A DNA stretch of 64,000 nucleotides from an uncultured Lentisphaeria bacterium (GTDB lineage Bacteria > Verrucomicrobiota > Lentisphaeria > Victivallales > Victivallaceae), in NCBI GenBank assembly GCA_949282965.1, contig CASDQW010000010.1, positions 4,243 through 68,242 on the forward strand, in the 5' to 3' direction. A program made the translations under genes and the position numbers. How positions within the stretch are numbered: position 1 is the stretch's first letter; each line of letters starts with the position of its first letter. The notes below the pieces were generated by a model that saw only the letters and a list, made by a program, of their open reading frames with translations, had not been told where the DNA came from and searched no databases. Of this stretch, positions 9,350-18,884 are shown in pieces.

Positions 9350-11839
9350 TTATTCCCGGGAAGCCGGCTCCGGCCATTTCAGGAATCCGTTCCAGCACCG
9401 GAAGGCGTGTTTCTCCCGCGCCGTCACCGAACCGGAAAGCCGCCGCGAATACTCTTCGGTCCACTCGTCCGAAGAAGGCGCATACGAATACAGCATTCCT
9501 TCCGGATACAGCTGAAATGCCAGATATCCATTCGGATACTGCGTCGTCTGCGGACAGTTGATCTGCGGCACGCGGCCGCCGATTTCCGTCATGGATGCGA
9601 GATTCTTATGCCCGACCAGCACGATGGCCCGGGCGGAGGCAATCCGCTCCAGCATAGCGCGGCACTCCGGCTGATCCGCGTCTTTGATCGCGGCGTCCGG
9701 ATCGGTGATGTGGTCATCCTTCACCAGCTGGTAATGCGAAAGAATCAGTGCCGGTTTCGCCGGATCAAGACGCTGGACGGCGGCGATGTTGCCCGGCTTA
9801 TTCAACCGTCCGTTTCCGGTGTCCAGGCGAACGATCTGAATGCCGTTTCGTTCTTCCCATCCGGTGGGTTCTCCGAAGAGTTTCTTCCACTCCGCCGCAA
9901 ATTCGCGCGAGGAAAGCCGGTCGTGATTGCCGGGGACTGCGACCGAGGCAAAGGGCGCATCGGCAAAAATCTTCCGGAACTGCTTCAACTCCGACGCCCG
10001 GCTGCGGTCGGTCACGTCGCCAGGCAGCAGCAGCAGATCCGTCCGGGCTTTTTCCAGTTCCGTCCGCACATTCCGGAGAATGGCGGCGGAGCGCGAATGC
10101 AGCCGCATCTTCGGATTGTCCGGGCCCACCGCCAGATGCGGGTCGGCCAGCACCGCGCCCCGCAACAGCGGCTCACCCGCCGGCCGCGGCAGCGTCCGGA
10201 AGGTCATTCGGGTGAGTTCCTTGTCGCCTTCGCGGACAGTCAGCACATACTCACTTTCCGGCTTCAGACCGGTGAATTTCACCCGGCCGAACGGCGCATT
10301 GGTTTTTTCCACCCGGTCTTTTTCGCCCTCACCGCTCAGCGTGAACGTCAGCGGCGCGGCCTCGGCACGGGTATAACGACACTGGAAAAAGTCCGGCCCG
10401 ACACTCTGCATGACCCAATGGTCTTTCACCTTCGCCGCCGGAAACGGCCATTCGCCCGCGGCCTTTTTCAGCAGATCAGTTCCGGTCATCGCCTCACTGA
10501 TCAGGTGGGGAATCGTTGCATTCTCCAGCGGCGCACGAAACCGTTCCGCACCCACGCCGACGGCATAGGTCAACACCGGTTTCGATGTATGCCCGAACGT
10601 CGTATAATGAAAGCCGTTCTGCCGGTCCCGCTGCCGGAAGACCTCAATCACCAGCGGATTGTATTTGCCGTAATTGGTCATGGCATCCTTCCGGGTGGTC
10701 TTCCCGGCCAGAAACAGCTCGGCAGCCTTCTGCAAATCAGCATATTCCTTCGAGCCGGCCTCAGGCACGGCGATCCCGGTCGCCTTGCAGGCCGCCTGAA
10801 TCAGAGCCGCCGCATCGTCGCCGGATTTCTGCATTTTTCCGAGGCGCCGGGCCAGAGCACCGTTGGGCAGCTCCTGCGCCTGCCAGAAACCGGGCCGGGA
10901 CTTGCCGTCGGGTTCCCATTCGATGCCACCGGTGGTGTGGTCGGCGGTGACGACCACCAACGTTTCCTCCGGATGGCGGCCGGCAAATTCGAGCACCGTC
11001 TTGATGGCCTTGTCGAATTCCACCATTTCCCGCAGCATGGCGCCGGAATCATTGGCGTGATTGCCGTGATCGACGGCGCCGCCTTCGATTACGAGAAAGA
11101 ATCCCTTCGGGTTATCCAGCGCCCGGATCGCGGCCGCCACCACTTGCGCCAGCGTCGGATCAGGATTCAAAAAGCCATCGCCGCCAATCGTCTCCGTGAC
11201 CCCGTAGAAGAAATTTTTCTTTTCCGGATCAAGCTGTTCCAGGCCTTCCCGACCGGAGAGCAGCGTGTAACGGTTGCGTTTTAGAAGAAACGCCAGGTCC
11301 TTGTCGGAAAAACCTTCCGGACGCAGCAGGCTGCTCGCCCCGAAAAAATCATATCCGGAAGCAAAAAGATCCGAGAGCACCCCCGCATATTCCTTGCGAC
11401 TCAGGCGATTCCCGTAATGTGCCCCCGGCGTCGCATCATTGATCCCCACCGTGGAGATAATGCCGATTTTCACCCCGCGTCGCTGCAGCAGCCGGGCCAG
11501 ACTCGTCACCGGTTTACCATCGGCATCGACACCGATGGCCCCGTTGTATGTCTTGATCCCGCAGGCCAGCGCAGTACCGGATGCCGCCGAATCGGTGGTA
11601 GTTCCCTTCACATTGTTCGTGCCGGTCGGGACCGGCTCGCCCAGCCGGTCGAACACGGTGGTCTGAAACTGTTCCCGGAACAGCCGTACGGAATTTTCTC
11701 CCATGCCGTCGCCGATCATTAAAAAACCGTACTTCGCCCGGGGACTTTCCGATTGTTCCGCCGCGGCACCAACCGGAATCCATCCGGACCAGATCAGCAG
11801 CAAGGCCCCTGCAACGATTCTTCCCAATATTTTCCGCAT
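9350..11839 (-). CDS. secreted alkaline phosphatase fused to a calcineurin-like metallophosphoesterase
   Basis: PhoA-type active site TDSAASGTALACGIKTYNGAIGVD and DHTTGG/HT blocks in the N-terminal 470 aa. An FN3/PAP-N-like linker follows. The C-terminus has ADPHL..., LLPGDVTDRS and VPGNHD metallophosphoesterase motifs. Start chosen at MRKILGRIV (gagagga RBS); the upstream ATG 11860 is an alternative. Confidence 0.8.
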   Translation of the reverse strand: MRKILGRIVAGALLLIWSGWIPVGAAAEQSESPRAKYGFLMIGDGMGENSVRLFREQFQTTVFDRLGEPVPTGTNNVKGTTTDSAASGTALACGIKTYNGAIGVDADGKPVTSLARLLQRRGVKIGIISTVGINDATPGAHYGNRLSRKEYAGVLSDLFASGYDFFGASSLLRPEGFSDKDLAFLLKRNRYTLLSGREGLEQLDPEKKNFFYGVTETIGGDGFLNPDPTLAQVVAAAIRALDNPKGFFLVIEGGAVDHGNHANDSGAMLREMVEFDKAIKTVLEFAGRHPEETLVVVTADHTTGGIEWEPDGKSRPGFWQAQELPNGALARRLGKMQKSGDDAAALIQAACKATGIAVPEAGSKEYADLQKAAELFLAGKTTRKDAMTNYGKYNPLVIEVFRQRDRQNGFHYTTFGHTSKPVLTYAVGVGAERFRAPLENATIPHLISEAMTGTDLLKKAAGEWPFPAAKVKDHWVMQSVGPDFFQCRYTRAEAAPLTFTLSGEGEKDRVEKTNAPFGRVKFTGLKPESEYVLTVREGDKELTRMTFRTLPRPAGEPLLRGAVLADPHLAVGPDNPKMRLHSRSAAILRNVRTELEKARTDLLLLPGDVTDRSRASELKQFRKIFADAPFASVAVPGNHDRLSSREFAAEWKKLFGEPTGWEERNGIQIVRLDTGNGRLNKPGNIAAVQRLDPAKPALILSHYQLVKDDHITDPDAAIKDADQPECRAMLERIASARAIVLVGHKNLASMTEIGGRVPQINCPQTTQYPNGYLAFQLYPEGMLYSYAPSSDEWTEEYSRRLSGSVTAREKHAFRCWNGFLKWPEPASRE

Positions 11840-11866
11840 AAAAAATCCTCTCATCGTCATTAATGA

Positions 11867-12628
11867 TTAAAGATCCGGCAGATTGCTCACCCAGGCGACT
11901 TCATAAAAGGCCCCCGGACCACCCTTCAGACCGGAAATGATCTTGAACGGCACGTTCCCGGTGGAAATCCGCACCCCGTAACCGTTTTCATTCTGGAGGT
12001 CCCCCGGCGTGACCGCCTCGGCATGTCCGTCGGCGAAAACCATGTTGGCAAACCCGTTATGAAGGAAAAACACCCGGCCGCGACCGCCGCTTTCCTGCTT
12101 GTGGTAGAGGTTGTAGTTCGGATATCCGCTGGTGGAGTCGACCGTGTCTCCCAGCAGCGAAAAGATCGACGGCCGGCGGAGGAATTTCGCGAACGACAAA
12201 CTGATGGTGAAACTGTCCGAAATCGCACTCGGCGTGGCGTTCCACGCCCCGTAACTGTAACGGAGGATCCGGTCCGGACTGGTATTCTTGATGGTCATCC
12301 GGGTGGACGGACAGAAGAAGGGCGCGGTGGGTTTCTGGTAGGAGGCGATGTAGTTGCAGCGCGCCAGCATGGCGCCCCAGCTGATGTCATACGCCTCTTC
12401 CCCTTTCGGGTCGAAGGAGGCGGCGGAAACCCGCGAATGAAAATAATTCCGGTAATCCATCCCGTACATGCTGATGGCCGTCCCCAGCTGTTTCTGGTTG
12501 CTCATGCAGGAAATGGCATGAGCCCGGCTGCGCGCGCCGGCCAGGGCCGGCATCAGCATGGAGGCCAGGATCGCGATGATCGCAATCACCACCAGCAGCT
12601 CTATCAAAGTAAAATGTTGTTGTTTCAT
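11867..12628 (-). CDS. DUF1559-type pseudopilin-like protein (H-X9-DG)
   Basis: [49 protein letters not shown]...FFCPST...[14 protein letters not shown]. Start at ATG 12628 immediately before the hydrophobic helix. Confidence 0.85.
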   Translation of the reverse strand: MKQQHFTLIELLVVIAIIAILASMLMPALAGARSRAHAISCMSNQKQLGTAISMYGMDYRNYFHSRVSAASFDPKGEEAYDISWGAMLARCNYIASYQKPTAPFFCPSTRMTIKNTSPDRILRYSYGAWNATPSAISDSFTISLSFAKFLRRPSIFSLLGDTVDSTSGYPNYNLYHKQESGGRGRVFFLHNGFANMVFADGHAEAVTPGDLQNENGYGVRISTGNVPFKIISGLKGGPGAFYEVAWVSNLPDL

Positions 12629-13132
12629 CGTGAACTCCTTGTTTTCTGGAAAAGACCTCCGCGACATGACGCTACTGCTGTACTGCATCCGCTCTGGAGC
12701 CGTTCCTTTCATGTAAAGACTTCCGCTTTCTTGTTTTCTTTCCGTATCGGATCATTGGCAGATCCTGGGTTTTCTGTTTTCTGATTATCTCTTAATGTAT
12801 TCTTACAAAATGAAGGAATGGTTTCTCCACTATTTGCTTTTTGTAAGGAATGGGCCGTATGCGCCGGCGCTCCGAAACAAGCCTCGTTGACGTCCGGCAT
12901 ACCCCTCTTTCTCCTCCTGAAAATGCGGCAGTCAGCCGGTTGTGGTTCTGCCCGGAAGAGGTCGCCTGCGAACAGATCCTCATCCGTTCTTCTGTCGTTA
13001 TGAATATTATAATGAAAAAAAACACCAAAAAAATGATGAAATCAATATTATTTTTGACGATTTTTTACTATTTTCAATCTTGTCTTTTCTTTCTCCTCCT
13101 TTATATTTTTCCCTGGGAGCAAAGTCTTTGAC

Positions 13133-14041
13133 ATGAGTGCGGAAATCACGATCCTGTGGAACGAAACCCCTTATCATCTGGTCCCGGAAGAGGCCAAAAT
13201 CCATCATTCCGTGTTTCCTCCGGGTTTCCCCTTTCCGCGTCATGTCCATCCGGCTTATCACCTGATTCTGGTGGAACAGGCCTGCTGCACGCTGGACGTT
13301 ACCGGCAGTTCTCCACTGCTGTGCCGGGAAAACACGCTGCTGCTGATCAATCCGAATGTGGAGCACCGCTTTCTCTACACCGATACCAGAGGCTGCATGC
13401 ACAGTTCCCTGATCTGGAACTTTATCGACGCGGCGGGACATCGTCTGCTGCGTCCGCTGCAGGAACTGGGGGGACGGTCGGGCAAAGAAGCATTGCGCCC
13501 CTATGTGGCCACACTGCTGACGCCGGTTCAGGCGAGCGGATTCCGCTTGCGGCAGCGCGAATGCGAGCGTTTTCTGTCTTGCCGGGACCCGGGAGTATCG
13601 TCGATGAAATTCTTCAACCTGGTCAGCTTCAGTATGGAGCTTTTATGGGGGTCCCTCTGGGCGCGTGATCCGCGCCGGGAGGAAGGCAGCGCAGCCCTGT
13701 TGTCCGAACGGGTTCAGACGCTGATCGAGACCTGTTTCCCCGATCCTGACTTCAACGTCCGGCGACTGGCGGGACAGCTGCAATTCAGCGTCAGTTATCT
13801 CAATGCCGTATTTTCCCGGGAAAACGGCTGCAGCATCGCCACCGCCCTGCGGATGCGGCGCCTGGAATATGCCCGGGAACTGCTGAAGAATACCACCCAT
13901 TCCATCAAATACATTTACGAACAGTGTGGTTTCACCCGACAGAATTACTTTGCCGCGGCTTTCCGACAAGAAAGCGGCATGACGCCCCTGGAATACCGGA
14001 AGCATTTCAATCGCAATGCGCCGGAAAACCGCTCCACCTGA
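13133..14041 (+). CDS. AraC family transcriptional regulator (cupin sensor + HTH)
   Basis: FPFPRHVHPAYHLILV...LLLINPNVEHRF cupin. C-terminal SIKYIYEQCGFTRQNYFAAAFRQESGMTPLEYRKHF AraC HTH. Divergent from the pilin-like gene at 11867-12628. Confidence 0.85.
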   Translation: MSAEITILWNETPYHLVPEEAKIHHSVFPPGFPFPRHVHPAYHLILVEQACCTLDVTGSSPLLCRENTLLLINPNVEHRFLYTDTRGCMHSSLIWNFIDAAGHRLLRPLQELGGRSGKEALRPYVATLLTPVQASGFRLRQRECERFLSCRDPGVSSMKFFNLVSFSMELLWGSLWARDPRREEGSAALLSERVQTLIETCFPDPDFNVRRLAGQLQFSVSYLNAVFSRENGCSIATALRMRRLEYARELLKNTTHSIKYIYEQCGFTRQNYFAAAFRQESGMTPLEYRKHFNRNAPENRST

Positions 14042-14080
14042 TCGGCCCGCACTGCCGCCGAATCATTTCCGGCAGTCATT

Positions 14081-16861
14081 TCATGGCCGAAGCAACTCCG
14101 CCAGGTCCCCGCGATTCCGCCCCCGGGCAATATCGGCGGCCGTCTGACCGCCGCGGTCCCGCAGCGAGGCGTCGGCACCGGCCGCCAGAAGCTCACGAAT
14201 CGCTTCCGGATCCTCGATGTACTGTGCGGCATAATGCAGCGCGGTGCGACCGGAATGATTGGCCTGATTGACGTTCCGCGTACGCTGAATCAACGCCTGA
14301 CGAATCTCCTTCGGTCCGTTCACCTGCATGGTAAACATCAGCGCAGTATCGCCGTCCCGGTCGCCGACGTCCGGATCGGCTCCGGCCTCCAGAAGCACCT
14401 GCACCGTCTCCACGCCTTTGGCGGCGGCGGCCAGATGCAGCGGCACATGACCGTGACCGTCGGGCTTGTCGCACGGAGCGCCGAGCGCCATCAACTTACG
14501 CACCATGATCACGTTGGGCGCCATGGCGGCGACGTGCAGCGGGGTGCGACCGTATTTCGGCTCCGGCCGGTCCAGGGGGTCTCCCGCCTGTTTGAGCACA
14601 TCGATCATATTGGTATCGGTCCCCCTCCGGGCGATGTTGACGGCGGTTTCCCCGGGATAGTTTTCGTACTGCGCGTAGTCAAATCCCAGCTCGATCAGCT
14701 CGCGCACGACGTCCGATGCGTCGTTCCGTCCCGCCACCTGAAACGAATTGTACAACCGGGCGCCATCATTGCAGTCGTAATACTCGCTGCCGCCGAAATT
14801 CAGACTCCATCGCCCGTAAAGATCGATCAGAAATGCCCGATCCGACGCAGTCCAGTTGCCTTGACGAATCAACTCTTTCAACTGTGTCCGTCCCGCATCG
14901 CCTTCACCGCCAAGATACGCCAGCTCGGCGGCGCGCAAGGCCTCCGCCTGTTCCCCGGTAAACAACCGCAATTCGGTCGGAAGATCACTGAACTGCGGCA
15001 CCAGCGGGTACCACAGCCCGCCCCCCGTGCCACGCCAGAAACGGTTGCGGCAGAAATCGGCGAACTTCTCCATTCCGCCGTATTCGCGGATGGTGGCCGC
15101 CGCCTGATCGTAACGGAGCGTCGCCATCTCAAAGAGTGCCCGGTGCACCAGCAGAAAATCATATCCGTCAGAGCCTTTCTCCACCGCTTCAAGCCGTTTG
15201 GCGAACAACCGGTCGCCGCGGGCCGGCATATCCCTCCTCCGGTAAATGTTCTTCCAGCGGTAATCCGGATAATCCCATGCCACGCGGCCGAGTTGAATGA
15301 ACCCCAGCGACGGGATATCCGTATCGTAGCGTTCCGTCGCCATCGCCGCATCGGCCAGCTGCAGGATCAGCTGATGGGAACCGCCCCAGCGCGGCAGCAG
15401 GCCCCAGCTCAGATTGCTGTAGGCGCTGGAAATATCCGGATAAATCTTCACAAGTTTATTGAAAACCTCAATGCGATCCTGCACCGAACCGTCGCCCATC
15501 TCCACCGACAGCAGCTGCACATAGGGATTTCCCCATTCCGGGTGCAGTTCCAACGCCTTGTAAAAAGCGTCGCGCGCCACGCCCAGTTCCCGCCGGAATC
15601 CCTCCCAGCCGCGGCGGCTCACGGTATTGGCAAAGCCGCTGCCGCGGGCGTCCCAGGCCCGGGCGATGGCGGCCCTCCCGGTGATCATTGCCCACATCCA
15701 CGGATCCACCTGATCCCGATCGCCGGCCAGTTCGGCCTCGTAGCGCTTGAAATCGTCGTTGCTGCTGCAACCGGAAATCACATTGTAAACATGGTGCATG
15801 TATTCTCCGGAAGCCCCGGCGCGAAGCTGGTTGAGAAATTCCCGGACCATGGAATTCGTCTGGTTCCGATACATCTGCCCCTCGGAAACGATTCCCCGCA
15901 GGTAGTCAATGGCGCAGGCCCGCAAAAAAGTATTCCGGGGAATCTTCAACAGGCTCCGCCGCACCTCCAGGCCGAACTCCGGCGTCCGGCGCAGCTTCTC
16001 ATCCTGCTCCCGTCGCACCAGCCGGCAGAACTCCGCCAGCGGATCTTCCAGCGGGGTCTCCGACTCCGGCGCGTGATCCCACGCGGCCGCTTCTCCCCTG
16101 ATCCAGCCGCGAACGAAGCAATCGAGCACCGCCGGATCGGCTTTCGGCCACTCGGACCGGATTTTTTCCTCCAGCATCTTCTCCCGCAACGGGGCAAAAT
16201 CCCGATTGGAAACAGCTTTGCTCAGATCGGAAAAGGTTTCCGCGAAGGGATTTTCCGCCGGAGCCTCCTCTTCTTCCGCCGCGTCCTTCTCCGCCAACTG
16301 CCGCATTCGGTGCAACAGTTCCCGCAGCTCACGGGCGTCCTCCGTCATGGAGCGCTGCAACAGCATATCCATTTGTTTTTCGGTGGCGGCCGCCGCGTTT
16401 TTCCACAACGCCCGGGCCGCGATCAGCTCCGGTGAAGACTCCAGCAGTTCCCGGCGTTTCCGGGCCAGCATTCTTACCTGCCGCTGCTGCACGCCGACTT
16501 CCCGCAACCGGGATTCGTCGCCGAGATATTCCCCGTATTGTTTGACAGCCTCCTGATACTGGCGGTCAATTTCAGCGAACTCCCGGTTGTCCCGCCGGAA
16601 TGCCGCCTCCGCCTCCACCATCGCTTTCAGGGCTGCCATTTCCTCTGCCGCCAGCCGTCGGAACGTCGCGTCCTTGATCAGAATCGTCTGAAGCACCCGC
16701 TGCCGGAGTTCATTGAAAGTCTGTTGCCACTGTTCTTTGTACTTTACCGGATCCTCCCGCAGCTTCTCCCAGAGCTCCAGCGCCGGTCCGCCCCGAAGGG
16801 GAAAAGCCGCACCGCACAACACCGCCATCGCGACCGCAACACGTTTCCATAAAGGGATCAT
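14081..16861 (-). CDS. secreted multidomain protein: coiled-coil N-terminus, DUF4034-like helical W/Y-rich core, C-terminal ankyrin repeats
   Basis: 926 aa. Signal peptide MIPLWKRVAVAMAVLCGAAFPLRG. E/R/Q-rich heptad-like region. Core ARAWDARGSGFANTVSRRGWEGFRRELGVARDAFYKALELHPEWGNPY...LPRWGGSHQ. At least four ankyrin units (GRTPLHVAA..., GHVPLHLAAAAKGVETVQVLLEAGADPD, GDTALMF, GRTALHYAAQY...LLAAGADASLRD, GQTAADIA). Confidence 0.75.
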   Translation of the reverse strand: MIPLWKRVAVAMAVLCGAAFPLRGGPALELWEKLREDPVKYKEQWQQTFNELRQRVLQTILIKDATFRRLAAEEMAALKAMVEAEAAFRRDNREFAEIDRQYQEAVKQYGEYLGDESRLREVGVQQRQVRMLARKRRELLESSPELIAARALWKNAAAATEKQMDMLLQRSMTEDARELRELLHRMRQLAEKDAAEEEEAPAENPFAETFSDLSKAVSNRDFAPLREKMLEEKIRSEWPKADPAVLDCFVRGWIRGEAAAWDHAPESETPLEDPLAEFCRLVRREQDEKLRRTPEFGLEVRRSLLKIPRNTFLRACAIDYLRGIVSEGQMYRNQTNSMVREFLNQLRAGASGEYMHHVYNVISGCSSNDDFKRYEAELAGDRDQVDPWMWAMITGRAAIARAWDARGSGFANTVSRRGWEGFRRELGVARDAFYKALELHPEWGNPYVQLLSVEMGDGSVQDRIEVFNKLVKIYPDISSAYSNLSWGLLPRWGGSHQLILQLADAAMATERYDTDIPSLGFIQLGRVAWDYPDYRWKNIYRRRDMPARGDRLFAKRLEAVEKGSDGYDFLLVHRALFEMATLRYDQAAATIREYGGMEKFADFCRNRFWRGTGGGLWYPLVPQFSDLPTELRLFTGEQAEALRAAELAYLGGEGDAGRTQLKELIRQGNWTASDRAFLIDLYGRWSLNFGGSEYYDCNDGARLYNSFQVAGRNDASDVVRELIELGFDYAQYENYPGETAVNIARRGTDTNMIDVLKQAGDPLDRPEPKYGRTPLHVAAMAPNVIMVRKLMALGAPCDKPDGHGHVPLHLAAAAKGVETVQVLLEAGADPDVGDRDGDTALMFTMQVNGPKEIRQALIQRTRNVNQANHSGRTALHYAAQYIEDPEAIRELLAAGADASLRDRGGQTAADIARGRNRGDLAELLRP

Positions 16862-17021
16862 GACCGCATCCTTTCCGATAGTGGAAGTCGACTCTGGATT
16901 ACTATTCCGCCCACTTGTTTTTTTTCAAGTCACGGCGAAATGGCAACAGAAAAAAAGCCGGATTTTTTCTTTGCCGATCCGACCATGCCCCACATTCGAC
17001 CAGGCGAAGCGAAGAATGCCC

Positions 17022-18884
17022 TTACTCCCCGGGCACCCGGATCAGCGCATTGCTGCCGGAATTTTCGACCGGCACCAGCTGCACTTTTTCGGCGCGCAAC
17101 AGTTCCAGCAGCAGCCGGGCCAGATCGGCGTTGATCTGATCGTAAGCCGTCAGATGATCAGGATTGCGCAGCGAACCGCCGATGAAAACCCAGTTGATCC
17201 TGCGCCGTTTCAGTTCCCGCAAAACCTCGTCCGCCGTCTGCGGCAGCGGCCAGAAAATCCATTCCTGAAACCCCGGCGTCCCATTGAACGCCCGGCAGGG
17301 GAAATACAGGGCCCTGCGCTCAAACAGCATCAATACCCGGTCATCCGGTCGCGCCCGTCGGGACAGCTCTTCCAGTGCCACAAAAAATTCTCCGTCCCGC
17401 GCCCCCTGCCGCAGCAGCCGGACCGGTTCGCTCCGCCCCCCCGGCAGCATTTTCCAGCAGTAGTAAAAATGTTTCAGAGCCGGCAACTCTCCCTGGAGAC
17501 TGACCAGCGCCGCCACCGCCAGCACCGCCGCCGCCAGTCGTCGCCAGCGGCGGCTCCACCACCGCAGCGAAGCCGCCCCCAGACACAGCAGTACCGCGTA
17601 GGCCGGCAGCAGGAAGCGCGTCTGCTGCGCTGAACATACCCAGAATAAATACAAAAGCAGCACCATCCCTCCGTAAAGCGTCTCCGGGCTTCTCGCCCGC
17701 CCCTCCCGGCACGCCAGCCAGACCCCCGCCAGCCCCACCGGCACCAGCAAAGCGAACGGCCACCCCATGACGATGCCGTCATAAATCCGGCTGTCAAACG
17801 CCGCCCAGAACCAGCTCAGCAGAATTCCGCTGAGTCCGCCGATGCCGTAATAATAACTTCCCATCAGATAATGGAATCGTTCCACCATCGCCGCACCGGT
17901 CCCCCCCCACCAGCCGGAACCGAACGGATAAACCGGATTGCCCGTCCCCAGCCAGACCCGTCCATAAAACGGCAGAGCCATCAGCAACGCCGTCCCCCCC
18001 AGCCACAGCAGGTTTTGCAGCAGATTCTTCCGTCTCCACGGCAGCACCACCAGCAGAATCATCACGGCGGCACCCGCCGCTGGCAATTTCACGGCCGCCG
18101 TTCCTCCCGCCAGAATCCCCCCCAGCACCAATCGTCCCCGCCCCGCGCCGAGAAAACGGCGCAGCCGCAGCGCCGCCAGTACGTTCAGCACAATGAATGG
18201 TTCCACATACACTTCCCGGCACATGGCTCCCACCACCGGAGAAAATGCGAAAATCAAAACCAGCAACAATGCCATGGGACGAGAAAGATACCGCCGCATT
18301 TCCTGATACAACGCCAGGTCGATGATCAGATAACTCCAGAGAATCACCCCCCGGGCCGCCCCCAGTCCCCCCAGTGCCACCACCCACAGCAACACGAATT
18401 GCGGTAAGGCCGGATAGGCGGAATAGGGATTGTCCAACTGTACTGCCGCCGTTCCCTCCATCAGCCAACGCATCGGCAACGCCAGCTGATACGTCTGTTC
18501 ATCCCAGGCATACGGCGGAATCAGCGCGGATCCCAGCATAAACACACCGCCCGCCACCGCCAGGATGCCGGCCGGGCAATTCCGCCGCCACCAGCGGCCG
18601 ACGCCGCCGTGCCACAAACGCATCCCGCCGTATCCTGCCGCCGCCAGCACCGGTGCCCACAACCACCAGCGCCCCTGCGGCAGCACCGCCGCGGCACCGA
18701 TCAGCGCCGCGAGCGCCAGAAGATTGACGCCCAGCACCAGTTCCACCAGAAACCCGTGCCCGCGCCGGAACTCCAGCCGACGGCAAAGTCCGGCGCCGAC
18801 GCCATATGCCGCCAGCAGAAACAGCGGCGGCGTCAGCACATTCAGCCACAACGGCCCCATCCAGGTGCTGATCAAAGCATTCAT
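17022..18884 (-). CDS. polytopic membrane protein, GT-C-like (ArnT/PMT-type) glycosyltransferase candidate with a soluble C-terminal domain
   Basis: Start set at MNALISTWMGPLWLNV (ATG 18884), which overlaps the upstream stop as ATGA (18881-18884). At least 10 hydrophobic helices. First-loop motif PPYAWDEQTYQLALPM resembles the acidic loop-1 motif of the GT39/GT83 families. The family assignment is tentative. Confidence 0.6.
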   Translation of the reverse strand: MNALISTWMGPLWLNVLTPPLFLLAAYGVGAGLCRRLEFRRGHGFLVELVLGVNLLALAALIGAAAVLPQGRWWLWAPVLAAAGYGGMRLWHGGVGRWWRRNCPAGILAVAGGVFMLGSALIPPYAWDEQTYQLALPMRWLMEGTAAVQLDNPYSAYPALPQFVLLWVVALGGLGAARGVILWSYLIIDLALYQEMRRYLSRPMALLLVLIFAFSPVVGAMCREVYVEPFIVLNVLAALRLRRFLGAGRGRLVLGGILAGGTAAVKLPAAGAAVMILLVVLPWRRKNLLQNLLWLGGTALLMALPFYGRVWLGTGNPVYPFGSGWWGGTGAAMVERFHYLMGSYYYGIGGLSGILLSWFWAAFDSRIYDGIVMGWPFALLVPVGLAGVWLACREGRARSPETLYGGMVLLLYLFWVCSAQQTRFLLPAYAVLLCLGAASLRWWSRRWRRLAAAVLAVAALVSLQGELPALKHFYYCWKMLPGGRSEPVRLLRQGARDGEFFVALEELSRRARPDDRVLMLFERRALYFPCRAFNGTPGFQEWIFWPLPQTADEVLRELKRRRINWVFIGGSLRNPDHLTAYDQINADLARLLLELLRAEKVQLVPVENSGSNALIRVPGE

